A stretch of DNA of 64,000 bases from the human T2T-CHM13v2.0 reference genome, Homo sapiens, in NCBI RefSeq assembly GCF_009914755.1, contig NC_060925.1; one strand, written 5' to 3'. A program made the translations under genes and the position numbers. The notes under the pieces were generated by a model. It searched no databases. It was not told the origin of the DNA and saw nothing but the letters and a program-made list of their open reading frames with translations. Positions 1 to 12,712 of the stretch are shown piece after piece; position 1 is the first letter of the stretch; the number at the start of each line of letters is the position of its first letter.

Positions 1-559
1 ACACAAAATCTTTATTGGAAAGATGAGGGGAAGAAGGTCAACAGGCAGTCTGAGCTTCACAAATATTGGCCAACAATTATTTATTGAATGCCTGCATTTG
101 GAAGTGGGGATACAGCTATGAACAAGGCAGGATCTCAAAAAACAAAATCAGAAACACAGACATAAATGATGCCAGTGCTATGATGAATGCTAGGAAGAAA
201 CAATAATTAACAATAGATTACATGGTAAAAGCAAGAGGCTAACTAGACGAAACTTCTATTGAGCAGAGACAGTGTCTTACATGTTTTTACGCTCAGAGCT
301 TTATATAATGGTCGATAAATGTTTGTTGACTGTACAAACAAATGAAGGTGGCCAATGGAGAAGAAATGAGGGTCAGAAAAACATCCGGAAAAGGTGGGTA
401 ACTAAGCAGAGGATAAAGGACGAGGTGTCAGTGCAAAAACGAAACCTTATACTTTCAAGCATAGGTATTACCTTATACTGATACTTTGAAGCAGCAAATT
501 TCTCCACACCCGGATTCAGGATTTGACATCTAACAGCAAAGCCTGCACTGACGTGTCCT

Positions 560-1300
560 CAGTATCCAGTATTGGCGCGTCGCACACCGCGCGCCCAGAA
601 CCACACAGGCTTCCCCAGTCCAGGATCAGTTGGCGCAGCCCGGAAGCTTCGAGGAGCTCCTAGAACCGCCGCCTTAGCTGGCGGCGCCGGCTCTTAGCCT
701 GGAGGTCGGCGGACCGCTTCCAAAAGTGGACCGAAATTCCGGGGATGGATGCCGGGTGGGGACGCGGACGGCCGCAGGCCAGCCTCCTGACAGCCGGGGC
801 TGAGGGAACCGGCCGCAGCAAATCGCACACCCTCTCTGTGTGCCAGAGTGACTGGCGCAGGCCGCGTAAGAGAGGAGCGAGACCCCGGACCAGCCCGCAC
901 CGCGGAGGACCGGAGAGGGCGATTCGGTGAAGGGAGGCGGACGGGTGTCGGGGCGGGAGGCGGTGACTCACCTGGGAGGTAATCATGATGCTGGAGTCGA
1001 TCAGGAAACTCATGGCGAAGTGTAAGGAAGGCTCCTGCCTCCACTTCCCACTCCCGGAGGCCACAGCACGCTGGGGCCACAGGCCCCCTCACACGGTCTG
1101 CCTTCTCCCAGGTGCTGCAGCCGGGACTGCGGCTCTCCAGCCCGACGCCGTCAAGCTGCGCCCCAGTCAGCCAATCAGCGGCTACATCCACAGCCCCGCC
1201 TCGGGCTCGGGGTGGGTGGGGCGGACGCTAGGCTTCCGCCGCGGAAGCCCCAGGGGCGGGGCTTATTAGGGGCGGTGCTAAAAGCAGCAATGCAAGGTAG
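560..1300. promoter_or_regulatory. CpG island / TATA-less promoter of GPR89B
   Basis: Dense CpG and high GC against AT-rich flanks. CCAAT at 1171-1175, GC boxes at about 1194-1200, 1218-1224 and 1252-1262, ETS-like CACTTCC at about 1042 and CCGGAAG at 641. Confidence 0.9.
972..1013 (-). CDS. GPR89B: First coding exon of Golgi pH regulator (GPHR / GPR89); gene continues off the left edge
   Basis: Minus strand reads cttcGCC-ATG-AGT-TTC...TCC-CAG|GTGAGT, giving MSFLIDSSIMITSQ, the recognised GPHR N-terminus. Kozak GCCATG, consensus donor at 966-971, inside a CpG island. B rather than the near-identical A paralog is inferred from adjacency to GJA8. Confidence 0.93.
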
Positions 1301-1639
1301 CGTTAACGTTTCTGAGGCTGAAGGAGGTAGGGCCTGAGAGCTAAGTGGTAATTCTGTTTTGTAATGATCCTAAGATAATAATGGTAATTATAGTAAGTCG
1401 GGCATTGTGTCCTAAATGTTATAACTTTTACTTGACTCGGCAAATATGACTGTACAAAGTGAGGGAAGACTGGAAAGTCAGATGAGATATGAACAAATAT
1501 AACTAACCAAATACATTTCTATGACAACAATGAAAAGCACACTGTCTGTAGCAATTTAGTGATAATATTGTACTGCATATCAGTCAGGCCACAGGTGGAG
1601 TACTGCACTCCATGTACCACACTTTGAAGAGATTTTACA

Positions 1640-1945
1640 GGCCGGGCCGGCTCACACCTGTAATCCCAGCACCTGGGGAGACCAAGGCGGGCGGATCACC
1701 TGAGGTCGCAAGTTCAAAACCAGCCTGACAAGCATGGAGAAACCCTGTCTCTACTAAAAATACAAAATTAGCCGGGCGTGGTGGTGCATGCCTGTAATCC
1801 CAACTACTAGGGAGGCTGAGGCAGGAGAATCGCTTGAACCCGGGAGGGGAGGTTGCGGTGAGCCGAGATCGCGCCATTGCACTCCAGCCTGGGCAACAAG
1901 AGCGAAACTCCATCTCAAAAAAAAAAAAAGAAAAGAAAAAAGAAG
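1640..1945 (+). mobile_element. AluSp-like SINE
   Basis: Dimeric Alu with Sp-like 'catggagaaaccc' and 'gcaacaagagcgaaactcc', an A tail, and TSD agagatt(t/c)taca on both sides. Confidence 0.93.
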
Positions 1946-3937
1946 AGAGAGATTCTACAGAGACATATTGGAGCTCGCTCAAATGTGAGCCACCAGATAA
2001 GGGCTGCTGGAAGGAGGCGAAGAAAGATGACTCAGAACATGACATCTGTCTTCATGTGAAAGAATGGGTAGAACTGATGTGGCACTACGAATTATCTGTA
2101 GGGCAAAGGACTGGAAGTTAATTGAAGATAGATTTTAATTCAAAACAAGGATCAGTTCTTTAAGAGTCTGAAGAAGGGTTATTTTAGGAAGTAGCTGCCT
2201 CTGCCCCCTTCCCACCTGTTGCAGTGGATCAAATATACACTGAATCACTACCTCATTCATTCAACACTCATTTCATGAAGGCTTAACGCATTGCTGTGGG
2301 GCTTACTCTGCCGCCGACCTGGGGCCTAGCTAGGCTTTGTAGTCTATATAGTCTCATAGTCCTGCAAACTGGCTCCAGCCCAGGAAATCACCCTGTGTAG
2401 GAGTGGCTGCAGTCAAGACGCAGGAAGACAATCCTGAGGGGACCTGACATCCAGCATCTGAGTTCAGACTACTATAGTTTGAATAAGTGACCTGCAGATT
2501 CATTACACACAAGGGAACATGTCTTCCTTTTGTTGGATTGAACTCTGTGATACCAAGCAGTCAAAACTACCTGTCAGATGTCCAATCCCTGATCCAGAAT
2601 TTCAAGGAGCTGTGGAGGCAGCTGTACAATGGGAGTGTCATAAACCAGAGAACTTTGTGTCCAGGCTATGTCTATTAGGTAAGCAGGTAGATTCCCACAT
2701 AACAGCACCTAACTGACATTCAAGAGTGTGTAGAGTGCAGAGTGCTGAAAGAGACTATCAAGGCAAGCAGTTTACCTTGGTGGCTTACTGGGGTGCACAG
2801 TGGGGATCAGAATATCAGTAACGAGGAATAGCAGAGAAAGGTGTGCAATACCTGCTGGCCTAAGGCCTATGCAAAGCTTTGGGTGACACTATTCAGAATT
2901 CTCCCTACTGTACCACTTGTGTCCAGGTAAAGGACAGGCCTAGGTGATTCAAGCGACTGCTTTATCCCCTGATTTTGATTGAGGAATGTCTTTAGAAACC
3001 TTCGCACAGCATTTAGTATCCAATTGACTCTCCTTTCAAAGCAAGTCTCTTCTGCTGGTGGTGGACTCTGACACTAAAATGGCTTGTCCTCCCATCTCTA
3101 CCGCTGGTAATATTCTCCCGATCCACTCTAGCTGCTGCCATCCTCTTAGAATAGTGGGATCTTTTGGTTCTGCCTCCATGGACAGTCACACCATCTGGGC
3201 TCTGAGTCCCCAGTTTGTGCTTTTTCCAAGGGAGCTTTTCAAAATATGTCATGTTCATAACTAGTAGCCATTGTTTGCCACTCATCCAGAGATTGGCAGC
3301 CAGTCCCATAGATGTGCTACAAAGAGTCGACTGACAAGATGATCAGTCTGTGTCCTTTGGATGAGTGTTTGCTCACACCACTTTACTGTCCTTTGTCATA
3401 GCAACTGCAATGTTCATACCTACGGTACTCTCACACTTCCCAGCACCATCCACATACTGACAGCTAACTACTTCATCCCCTTCCTCCAAATTAATGCAAA
3501 GGACTGGGCCCAGGAGTTGACACTAACACTAGATCCCTGGGAGACACCCTAGTACCTCTTCTCCATGCACATACATAGCACCTGCTCATGCCAGTGGCTG
3601 GATGATCTCTGTTAGGGATTTTCTCTTGAAAATTTTTACTTACTGTGACATAGTTGTAGATTCACATGCAGTTGTAAGTCTGGGATCTTTTGAGACATAT
3701 GATATCACCAATTCTGTGGCATCCTACTCCCGCTGTCTCCCTTCATGGATAGACATCCTATCTTGTAGTTTTGCCTACTGTGCCAGGTTCACTGAGTCTC
3801 TGAACTCCCCTGTTTGCCCCACTAAGTCACCAGTGTAAGCTGGACAGGAAACCCCAAGTATTCAGAGGAAAAGTGTTTATTTCCCAATGGTCCCATGGAC
3901 AGTATCTATACTTGATACCTAGAAAATGTATAGGTGC

Positions 3938-4470
3938 AGTTTTCTCAAAGTGTGGTTCTCTAACGACTTGGGGGGCTTATTTAAAATGTAGATTCATAAG
4001 CCCTAATGTAGACCAGTGGACTTGGGATTTCTGAAAGTGACTCTGAGGAGGAATCTGGGAGTCATAATATATAAAAATTATATACATTTATCATGCACAA
4101 AATGATGTCTTGAAATATGTATACATTGTGGAATGGCTAAATCAAGGTAATTAGCATATGTATTACTTCAGATACTTATTTTTTGTGGTGAGAATACTTA
4201 AAATCTACTCTCTTAGAGATTTTCAAAAATGGATACATTGTTATTAACTATAGTCACCATATTGTACAATAGATCTCTTGAACTTACTCTTGTTATCTAA
4301 CTGAAATTTCCTTTGACCAACATCTCCCCTACCCCACCCAACTATCCCCCCCCCCAGCCCCTGGTAATCTCCACTCTACTCTCTGCTTTTGTGCATTCAA
4401 TTTTTTTTTTAGAAGTAATCTGCATTTTTAACAGCTTCCCAGGAGATTCTTATGCACACTGACTGGGGAC
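3938..4470. mobile_element. MER5A-like hAT DNA transposon remnant split by an L1MA insertion
   Basis: 'cagttttctcaaagtgtggttc' at about 3938 and 'aatctgcattttaacagcttcccaggagattcttatgcaca' at about 4418 resemble the two halves of MER5A. Confidence 0.6.
4070..4410 (-). mobile_element. L1MA 3' end fragment
   Basis: 'tgtggaatggctaaatcaag...tatagtcaccatattgtacaatagatctcttgaactt' matches the reverse complement of an L1MA 3'UTR. Confidence 0.8.
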
Positions 4471-4949
4471 TGGTTGTGAGACTCTGCTCCCCACCTCAAA
4501 ACTTTCCTAGAGTGAGTCAGCGCCTTCACACTAGGAAAATGCCAGTTCTGATTTGCCTAGAGAAAGGGGACTAAGGGCCAGAGTGGTGCTAGCTTTGCTC
4601 TTTCCTTTTTTCCACTCCCACCCCCCTTTCTCTAGATATGCTCACTCCACAGCCTCAGGAAGCCTAAAAATCTTTTCCAACCACTTGTGCTTTGGCTCAA
4701 GAATTCCCCTTCATCTTCCTTGAGTCTACTTTGAACCTCTTGCCTAGCTGATTCTCACTTTGCCAGACCTTCTTGGAGGTGCATTCCGGTCCTTTCCTCT
4801 TATACAATCTCATTTTGGATATATTGACCTTGGTGCTGACCTGGTGTGCACTGATTGGTTCATATGAGTTAGAGTTAACTCTGTATCAAGTGCTTGGTTG
4901 TTCTTGAGGCCGTGTTCCTGAGGAATAAAGAAGATTAAATAGTTGTGTG

Positions 4950-5120
4950 GTTTTATGCAAGTTACTAAACTCTCTGTACTTCAGTTTCCTCATCTAAAAA
5001 ATAGAGATAGTAATAGTACCTTATCTCATAAGGCTATTATGAAGATTAATATACATAAAGCCCTCAGGAAAATAAGCACTTTATAGTAAGTATGCAATAA
5101 TTTTTACCCATTATTATTAT
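4950..5120. mobile_element. MIR SINE fragment
   Basis: MIR core 'caagttactaaactctctgtacttcagtttcctcatctaaaaaatagagatagtaatagtacct'. Confidence 0.75.
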
Positions 5121-5839
5121 TATGAGTTTACGTTCAGTTTTCCTTCATTGTTAATTAGTTTCAATGTATATTTATTTATTAATATTTATAAATGTATGTT
5201 TAAAAGTTTTGGTTGTCAGTTATTCAAATTATACTGAAAAGATTGATGATTGTAGAGCTCCCAAATTTGGAAAGATTCAGCGGCATTATTTGAAATATAT
5301 AACACCAACTTTTTCCATTTATTAAAACTAATTTTGGGATTCTCTGTTAATATAATTATCATGCAGAATGAATTTGATCCATATATTTTGTGAACAAAGG
5401 GGAAGAATGTGTAGAGATTAAATTTTAAATGGAATATATTAGTTGAAGTTCAAAGTAAAGGATGTTCATATTCTTAATGTATGAACTGTTCCAAACTTCT
5501 GGTCCCCTGCTGTCTGTGCTCAGGCAGAGCAGAAAGCTCTCCCTACTGCCCCACCACTTCTTGCTCCAGGACTAACTTCTTTTTGGGATAACTACCAGCA
5601 GGGACATTTGCTTATTTTAAAGAAGTGCCCACCTTTACCACTGGATTGAGATTTGCCACCATGACATTAAGACAGTTGCAAAGGAGTACAACACTGGCAT
5701 ATTTCCAAAGTCTGGGATATTCATTCTTATTCTTGGTTAACGTGATGCATACCCACACCAATGCACATATACCTTTTGATTTTCCCAAAACTGGATCACA
5801 AGGAGTGCTATGGACTCCTAGTGATCCAATATTGAAAAA

Positions 5840-6262
5840 ATGGATCCTGTTTGTGTACCCCCAAAATGCATATGTTGAAGCCCTGGTTTCCGATGTGATA
5901 GTATTTGGAGGAGGGGCCTTTGGGAGCTGATTAGGTTTAGATGAGGTAATGAGAGTGAAGCCCCATGATGGGATTTGTGCCCTTCCAAGGAGATGAAGGA
6001 CCAGCACACTCTCTTTCTGACAGGTGAGTATATGGTGAGAAGGCAGCTGTCTGTGAACCAGAAGGAGGGCCCTCACCAAGAAGTGACCATGCTGGCACCC
6101 TGATCTTGGACTTCTGGCATCTGGAACTGTAAGAAATAAATGTTTGTTAAATATATACACCTACTATGCACCCATAAAACTTAAGAATAAAAAATTTTTT
6201 AAAGTTTGTTGTTGAAGCCACCCAATGTATGGTATCTTGTTATAGTAGCTTGAACTAAGACA
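5840..6262 (+). mobile_element. MLT1A-type MaLR solo LTR carrying a ~50-bp L1 tail insertion
   Basis: 'cccccaaaatgcatatgttgaagccct...gtatttggaggaggggcctttggg...aactaagaca' is typical of MLT1A. Confidence 0.8.
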
Positions 6263-6322
6263 ATGAGCATACTATGTTGTTACATAGTTTTCATTATATT
6301 TCATTTTAGAAATATATTATGG

Positions 6323-6937
<615 letters not shown>

Positions 6938-8350
6938 GTATATTATGAATATTTTCTTTTGCCAAAGACTTTATAGCATTTTTATTGACTCAGTAACATT
7001 CCATCATATGGTTATCTCATGAGTAAGTTAACCAATCTACCTTTTGGATTATTTTTTTGGTGGTGTTTACTATAATAAAATAATATGATGGTGAAGAATT
7101 TGGCCCACAAGAAACACTTATTCAAGCCTCCAATTTTCCCTGGGCAAGGGAAGGTCACTGTGTCTATGTTCCAGCAAATTCTGAGGACACACATCAAGGT
7201 CCTGCAAGCTTGGCTACTGTGGTAGCCGGAGATGAGCCTGTGAACTTCTGCAGACCAATAGGCCACTAATGACTAGTGAGAAAGAGGTCAGGCCTCCCTC
7301 CCAGCAAGTGCTTCCCAAAAAGTCTCAGGGGTTTTCCTTGAGCCCCTCACTTGGAGGGGAGTGAGGGAAGGGGGTGAGAAACACCACAGCTCTTTCTTCT
7401 AGTCTGACAACTCTCTTCAAAGACTGCTCCTATCAGTTAACCCTTATCGTTCTCTTAAATAACCCAGAGGTGGATTGTGAGCTAGGAGTTGCAAGACTGT
7501 TTGGGGGCTACTTTTTTTTTTTTAAAGCAATTCTAGATTGTGCTTTGTACCACTTTTTAGAGAGTATAGACATTGAGCATTTATTGTCCTTGGTTATGTA
7601 GCCTTACTGAAACTCCAAGACATAGGAAGTATTTTGTTTAACATTTCATTACATATCCATTAAATCAGACTTGTAAATTACATTTAGGTCCTCTCTATTT
7701 TTGTCTTCTATCAATTCGTCAAGGACTGAAGTCTTTTATCACTATTATTTTTCTGTCCATATCTCCATATATTTCTGAGAGCTTCATACAGTCCAATGCC
7801 TTATTTTTCAGTGCAAAATGATTCACAGTATGTCTTTGTTGCATATTATATTTTATATTAATAAAGATCAATATTTTGGTTTGATTTAATTATTCTGCTC
7901 TCGTATTTTGTGTGTTTGGTCTTTATTTTTGCCTTTTTTCTGTTTTTTCTTCTTTTTGCTGTATGGACTGTGTAGTCCTTGTTTCTTGTTTTGTTTCCTA
8001 GTAATCTGGAAGGCATGCATTTTGTTTTAAAATAACACACACAACTTTATATTTTTCTTATTACTAACATACAGAATAAAATAGTATCTTTGTACGTTGA
8101 GAATACCAGGACACTTCTACTTTCTCACGTTTCTCCTTGTTACTCCCTTCACCCCACACAATACCCAAGTTTATGTTGGTGTAATCTGGGATTTTAAACC
8201 TTACTTTAAAAATATATTTTTGTTAGGGAATATTTATGATATTTGTCTTCTGTTTTGTAATTATACGTAAAATAGTTACATTTAATTCATTTTATGCTTA
8301 AATGTCTTCAGTATTCATCATCAGCCTCTTTCATACTTTGCCTTTTTGAT

Positions 8351-8647
8351 TTCTTTTTTTTTTTTTTTTTCCTGAGACAGCATCTCACTTTGCTGTTCAG
8401 GCTGGAGTGCAGTGGCATGATCACAGCTCACTATAGTTCCTGGGCTCAAGTGATCCTCCCACCTCAGCTTCTCAAGTAGCTGGGACTATAGGCATGTGCC
8501 ACCATGCCTGGCTAATTTTTAAATTTTTGTAGAGACAGGGTCTTACAATGTGCCCAGGCTAGTCTCAAACTCCTGGGCTCAAGCAGTCCTCCCACCTCTG
8601 CCTCTCAAAATGTTGGAATTACAGGTATGAGCCACTATTCTTGAGCC
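8351..8647 (-). mobile_element. AluJ SINE
   Basis: Poly-T followed by a reverse-complement Alu with J-type 'ctcaagtgatcctcccacctcag'. Confidence 0.9.
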
Positions 8648-8675
8648 TTGAATTCTTTTAAAAAATATTTCTCTT

Positions 8676-8968
8676 GGGCGGGCGTGGTGGGTAATGCCTG
8701 TAATCCCAGCACTTTGGGAGGCTGAAACGGGTGGATCACCTGAGGTCAGGAGTTCGAGACCAGCCTGGCCAACATGGTGAAACCCTGTCTCTACTAATAA
8801 TCCAAAAATTAGCCAGGTGTGGTGGCACACGCCTCTAATCCCAGCTACTCATGAGGCTGAGGCACGAGAATCTCTTGAACCCGGGAGGTGGAGGTTGAAT
8901 GAGCCGAGATCATGCCATTGCACTCCAGCCTGGGCGACAAGAGTAAAACTCCGCCTCAAAAAAATAAA
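8676..8968 (+). mobile_element. AluS (Sq/Sx-like) SINE
   Basis: Full dimeric Alu whose tail runs into a TA-rich repeat. Confidence 0.93.
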
Positions 8969-9244
8969 TATATATATAGATATATATAGAGATCTATATA
9001 TATAGATCTATATATAGATATATATAGAGATCTATATATATAGATCTATATATAGATATATATAGAGATCTATATAGATCTATATATATAGATCTATATA
9101 TATAGATCTATATAGATCTCTATATAGATCTATATATAGATCTATATATAGATCTATATATAGATCTATATATCTATATATATATCTATATATATATCTA
9201 TATATATATCTACATGTATATATATCTACATATATATATATATA
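8969..9244. repeat. Palindromic AT-rich tandem repeat, approximately (TA)n-GATC-(TA)n
   Basis: About 275 bp of variants of the self-complementary unit TATATAGATCTATATA. Confidence 0.97.
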
Positions 9245-9750
9245 GGCTTATGAAATACATTTTTTCTTTAAAGAAGGGTTTGCAGGTATTTTGAGCTTTT
9301 GCATAATTGAGAGTGCCTTTCAATTGGCTTCACACATGAATGAAATTTGGCTTGTTGTGGAGTTTTCAGCTTAAGTTTTTCATCCGCAATATTCTGTGGA
9401 TAATGTTCTCTTTTCTGAAATTTAATGTGTTGTGGAGAAGCATGATGCCAGCCTGATGTTTTTTTTCCTTTGTGAGTAACTTGATATATGCTCTGTTCAT
9501 CCACAGTTGGCACTGGAAGGACTAGCGCGACGTTGAGAGGGTTGGCTGAAACTGAGAGCCATGAGTTTTTGGTTCCTTATGCTCACTCCAGCTTCCCTTT
9601 CCCTTTTGGGCTATTACTCATCCCTATGAGCAACAGTGGCCTCTGAGGGAGAGGAGGAATCTCTCTCCTTCACCCTCCAGACCACATAAACCCTTTTCTT
9701 AAATTGCTATCAAAGCTGAGTCTAAGGTACATCATTTAATAATAAGACTA

Positions 9751-10040
<290 letters not shown>

Positions 10041-11318
10041 AGGCTATGCTAAATTACAGTGATCATATCACATAGAATGATAATTATGAAGGTGATGATA
10101 GCTAACATTTGTGGAATGCTTACCATGTGCCAGGTACTGTTTTAAGATCTTGACTTGTATTAACTCATTAACTCTCCAACTTAGTTCCTAGCTTGCCTCC
10201 ATCTGGCAGATGCCATTTTCCCTTCTTTTTTTGGAAGCAATAGCGAGCATATTATGACTCTTTGGATTGTAGGCTCAAGAGAATGAGGCTCAGAGAAAGG
10301 AATTCCCTTTTGTTCCTGTTTAAGGCCCACCTTCCAAATTCTCTTTTCTCATCTTAGAATCTTTCTCTTTTCAGCAGTTGACATTTGAAATATCTATTAT
10401 CTTCAAGGAAGCCTCACCTCCTATTGAGAGAGGTATGACCCTACTCTCTGTTCACAAGCAGACAAGAATGTGAAAACATAGTTGTTAAACAGTGGTACAA
10501 AAACCATTGCAGGGGTTGTTCCATTACATTTCTAAATTATAGAATTATGTCTTTATACTTGCAAATCAAAATTTATCTAGATTTTTTCCCTGGTGCATGA
10601 TGAATCCCTTCCAATTTGCAATTTTAGGTCTTTTATCGGCTCAAGAAAATTTCCTTCTATTGTATCTTTAGAGCTTACGGTTCACTTGTCCTGACTTTTC
10701 TTCAGGAGCATCGATATCCATGTGTTGGATTTTTATTGTCTTTCCTCCATATCTATTATTTCTTCTTTGATAATTTTCATCTCTTTGTCCTTTCTTTTGG
10801 CATTTGGGAGAATTTCTGATATTGATTCTTTACAAAATTGATTTGGTTTTATGTATTGCTAATTCTGCTCTTTATTCTTAAATTCTGCTGTGGCATTGTT
10901 TGCTAACTCTGCCAGCTCCTTTTACAATTCAATCTAGTACCTTATTATCTTGTTTCATGTATTGTTTTATAGAGTCCATGTTTTCTTTAACCCTTTTTTT
11001 TTGAGAGTACAAACAGATTTTAAGTAAATTTTTACTTTTTTAAGTAAAGATTTTTTGAAATTATGCCATTCTTTTACTTTTGGTGTTTATTGTTTTCTTC
11101 TCTTGTCTCTGAAACCTTCCACAGACTCCAGGTTATTCTCTGTCTAGTTGTTGTTATTTTCCCTGTCTATTACTTATCTATAAAACTGAGAATCTCATCC
11201 ATCCCAGAATAGATATAGGACCTGACTAGACACAGTAAAATTAGGTCAGCAGAATTAATAAAAATGTAAAGAAGAATCCTGTTTGACTATTGGATAAGTA
11301 AATTTCTAAAAAATATTT

Positions 11319-11621
11319 GGCCGGGTGCGGTGGCTCACGCCTGTAATCCCAGCACTTTGGGAGGCCAAGGCGGGCGGATCACGAGGTCAGGAAATCAAGA
11401 CCATCCTGGCTAACACGGGAAACCCCGTCTCTACTAAAAATACAAAAAATTAGCCGGGCATGGTGGCGGGCGCCTGTAGTCCTAGCTACTTGGGAGGCTG
11501 AGGCAGGAGAATGGCGTGAACCCGGGAGGCAGAGCTTGCAGTGAGTGAGCCGAGATTGAGCCACTGCACTCCAGCCTGGGTGACAGAGCGAGACTCCGTC
11601 TCAAAAAAAAAAAAAAAAAAA
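11319..11621 (+). mobile_element. AluY SINE
   Basis: Y-type 'accatcctggctaacacgg', 'gaatggcgtgaacccgggagg' and 'gagcttgcagtgag'; CpG-rich with a pure A tail. Confidence 0.93.
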
Positions 11622-12309
11622 TTTAAAGGAAGACAAGTAAACTATAATTCAAGAAAAATATAGAGTTGTCCTAGAATTTAGTGCCATAGGCTGATACAAT
11701 TATGAAAAAAAACTGAAGAAAGTTGACCTTCTGATCTGAGAGATCTTAGAGAGATGAACAATTGTTGTAATATCATCCCCGTCATAATATCTGCCCTATA
11801 GATATTACTGAGTTTTTTTAATTGTTAAGTTATATTCCATTGGCTCAGGTCTCTTGTGTTTATCTAATCTCATCATTTTCTGTTGGTTACATTGATCTAA
11901 CTCAATTTTAGAGGTACCTCATTTTTTCTTCCATCTACAGATCTAGCTAGTTTAAAGATGAAAACTGCAGCAGATGAGAAAGAAAAATACAACTGGAAAA
12001 CTTGGATGAATTAGAAACACTAAACAGTTTTCAGGAAAGCTGAGTATCAGAGAAAAACAGATGCTGGAGGAAAAGAAAAAAAGAGGACACAAAAACTGTC
12101 CTGGCCAAAGGGGTCATGACCACACATTATCCTTGGATGAGGGCTTCCTTTATGGTGACAATTGAACAGAAGCATTTAGAGCAGATTACAATGCATATTA
12201 TACGTACAATGAAATCATTGAAACAGAAAAAAGAGCCAAAATTGATGTCTTTGCCTTAAATCTTGCTTCTTTCTAGTTTATTCTCTCCACAGTGGTCGGG
12301 GCAGTCTGA

Positions 12310-12712
12310 GAGAATACGGTGGAATCGATGGTATGCGACTTCCAAGGTTAGGTCATAAAAGACATTGAAGTTTCTGCTTTGTCTCTTGAATCACTTTCTC
12401 TGGGGGAAACCAGCTACTGGGTCATAAGGACACTCAAGCAGCACCATGGAGGGGCCCAAGTGGAGAGAAACCAACTTGCCAGCATTAACTTGGTAGTTGT
12501 GCAGCCATGTGAATGAGTGGATCCTACCATCCTAGTCAAACCTCTGATAACTGAAGGTCCCACCTATATTTGACTGCAGTCTTCCAACAGACCCCACCCA
12601 AGCTGCTCTAGGATTCCTGACCTACAGAAACTGTGAGGGATAAGATATGCTTGTTGTTTTAACCCACTAAGTTTTAGAGTGATTTGTTACACAGCAATAT
12701 ACAACAAATACA
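12310..12712 (+). mobile_element. Old MLT1 (MaLR) LTR
   Basis: 'gacttccaaggttaggtcataaaagac...cctgacctacagaaactgtgag...ccactaagttttagagtgatttgttacacagcaata'. Confidence 0.75.

Noticed and set aside
660-1269. Several 60-165 aa ORFs over the GPR89B CpG island
   Set aside because: They are stop-poor GC-rich frames. Only the 14 codons before the GTGAGT donor match GPHR; the rest reads into the intron.
8969-9244. Regularly repeating array considered as CRISPR-like
   Set aside because: There are no unique spacers; it is a simple repeat in primate DNA.
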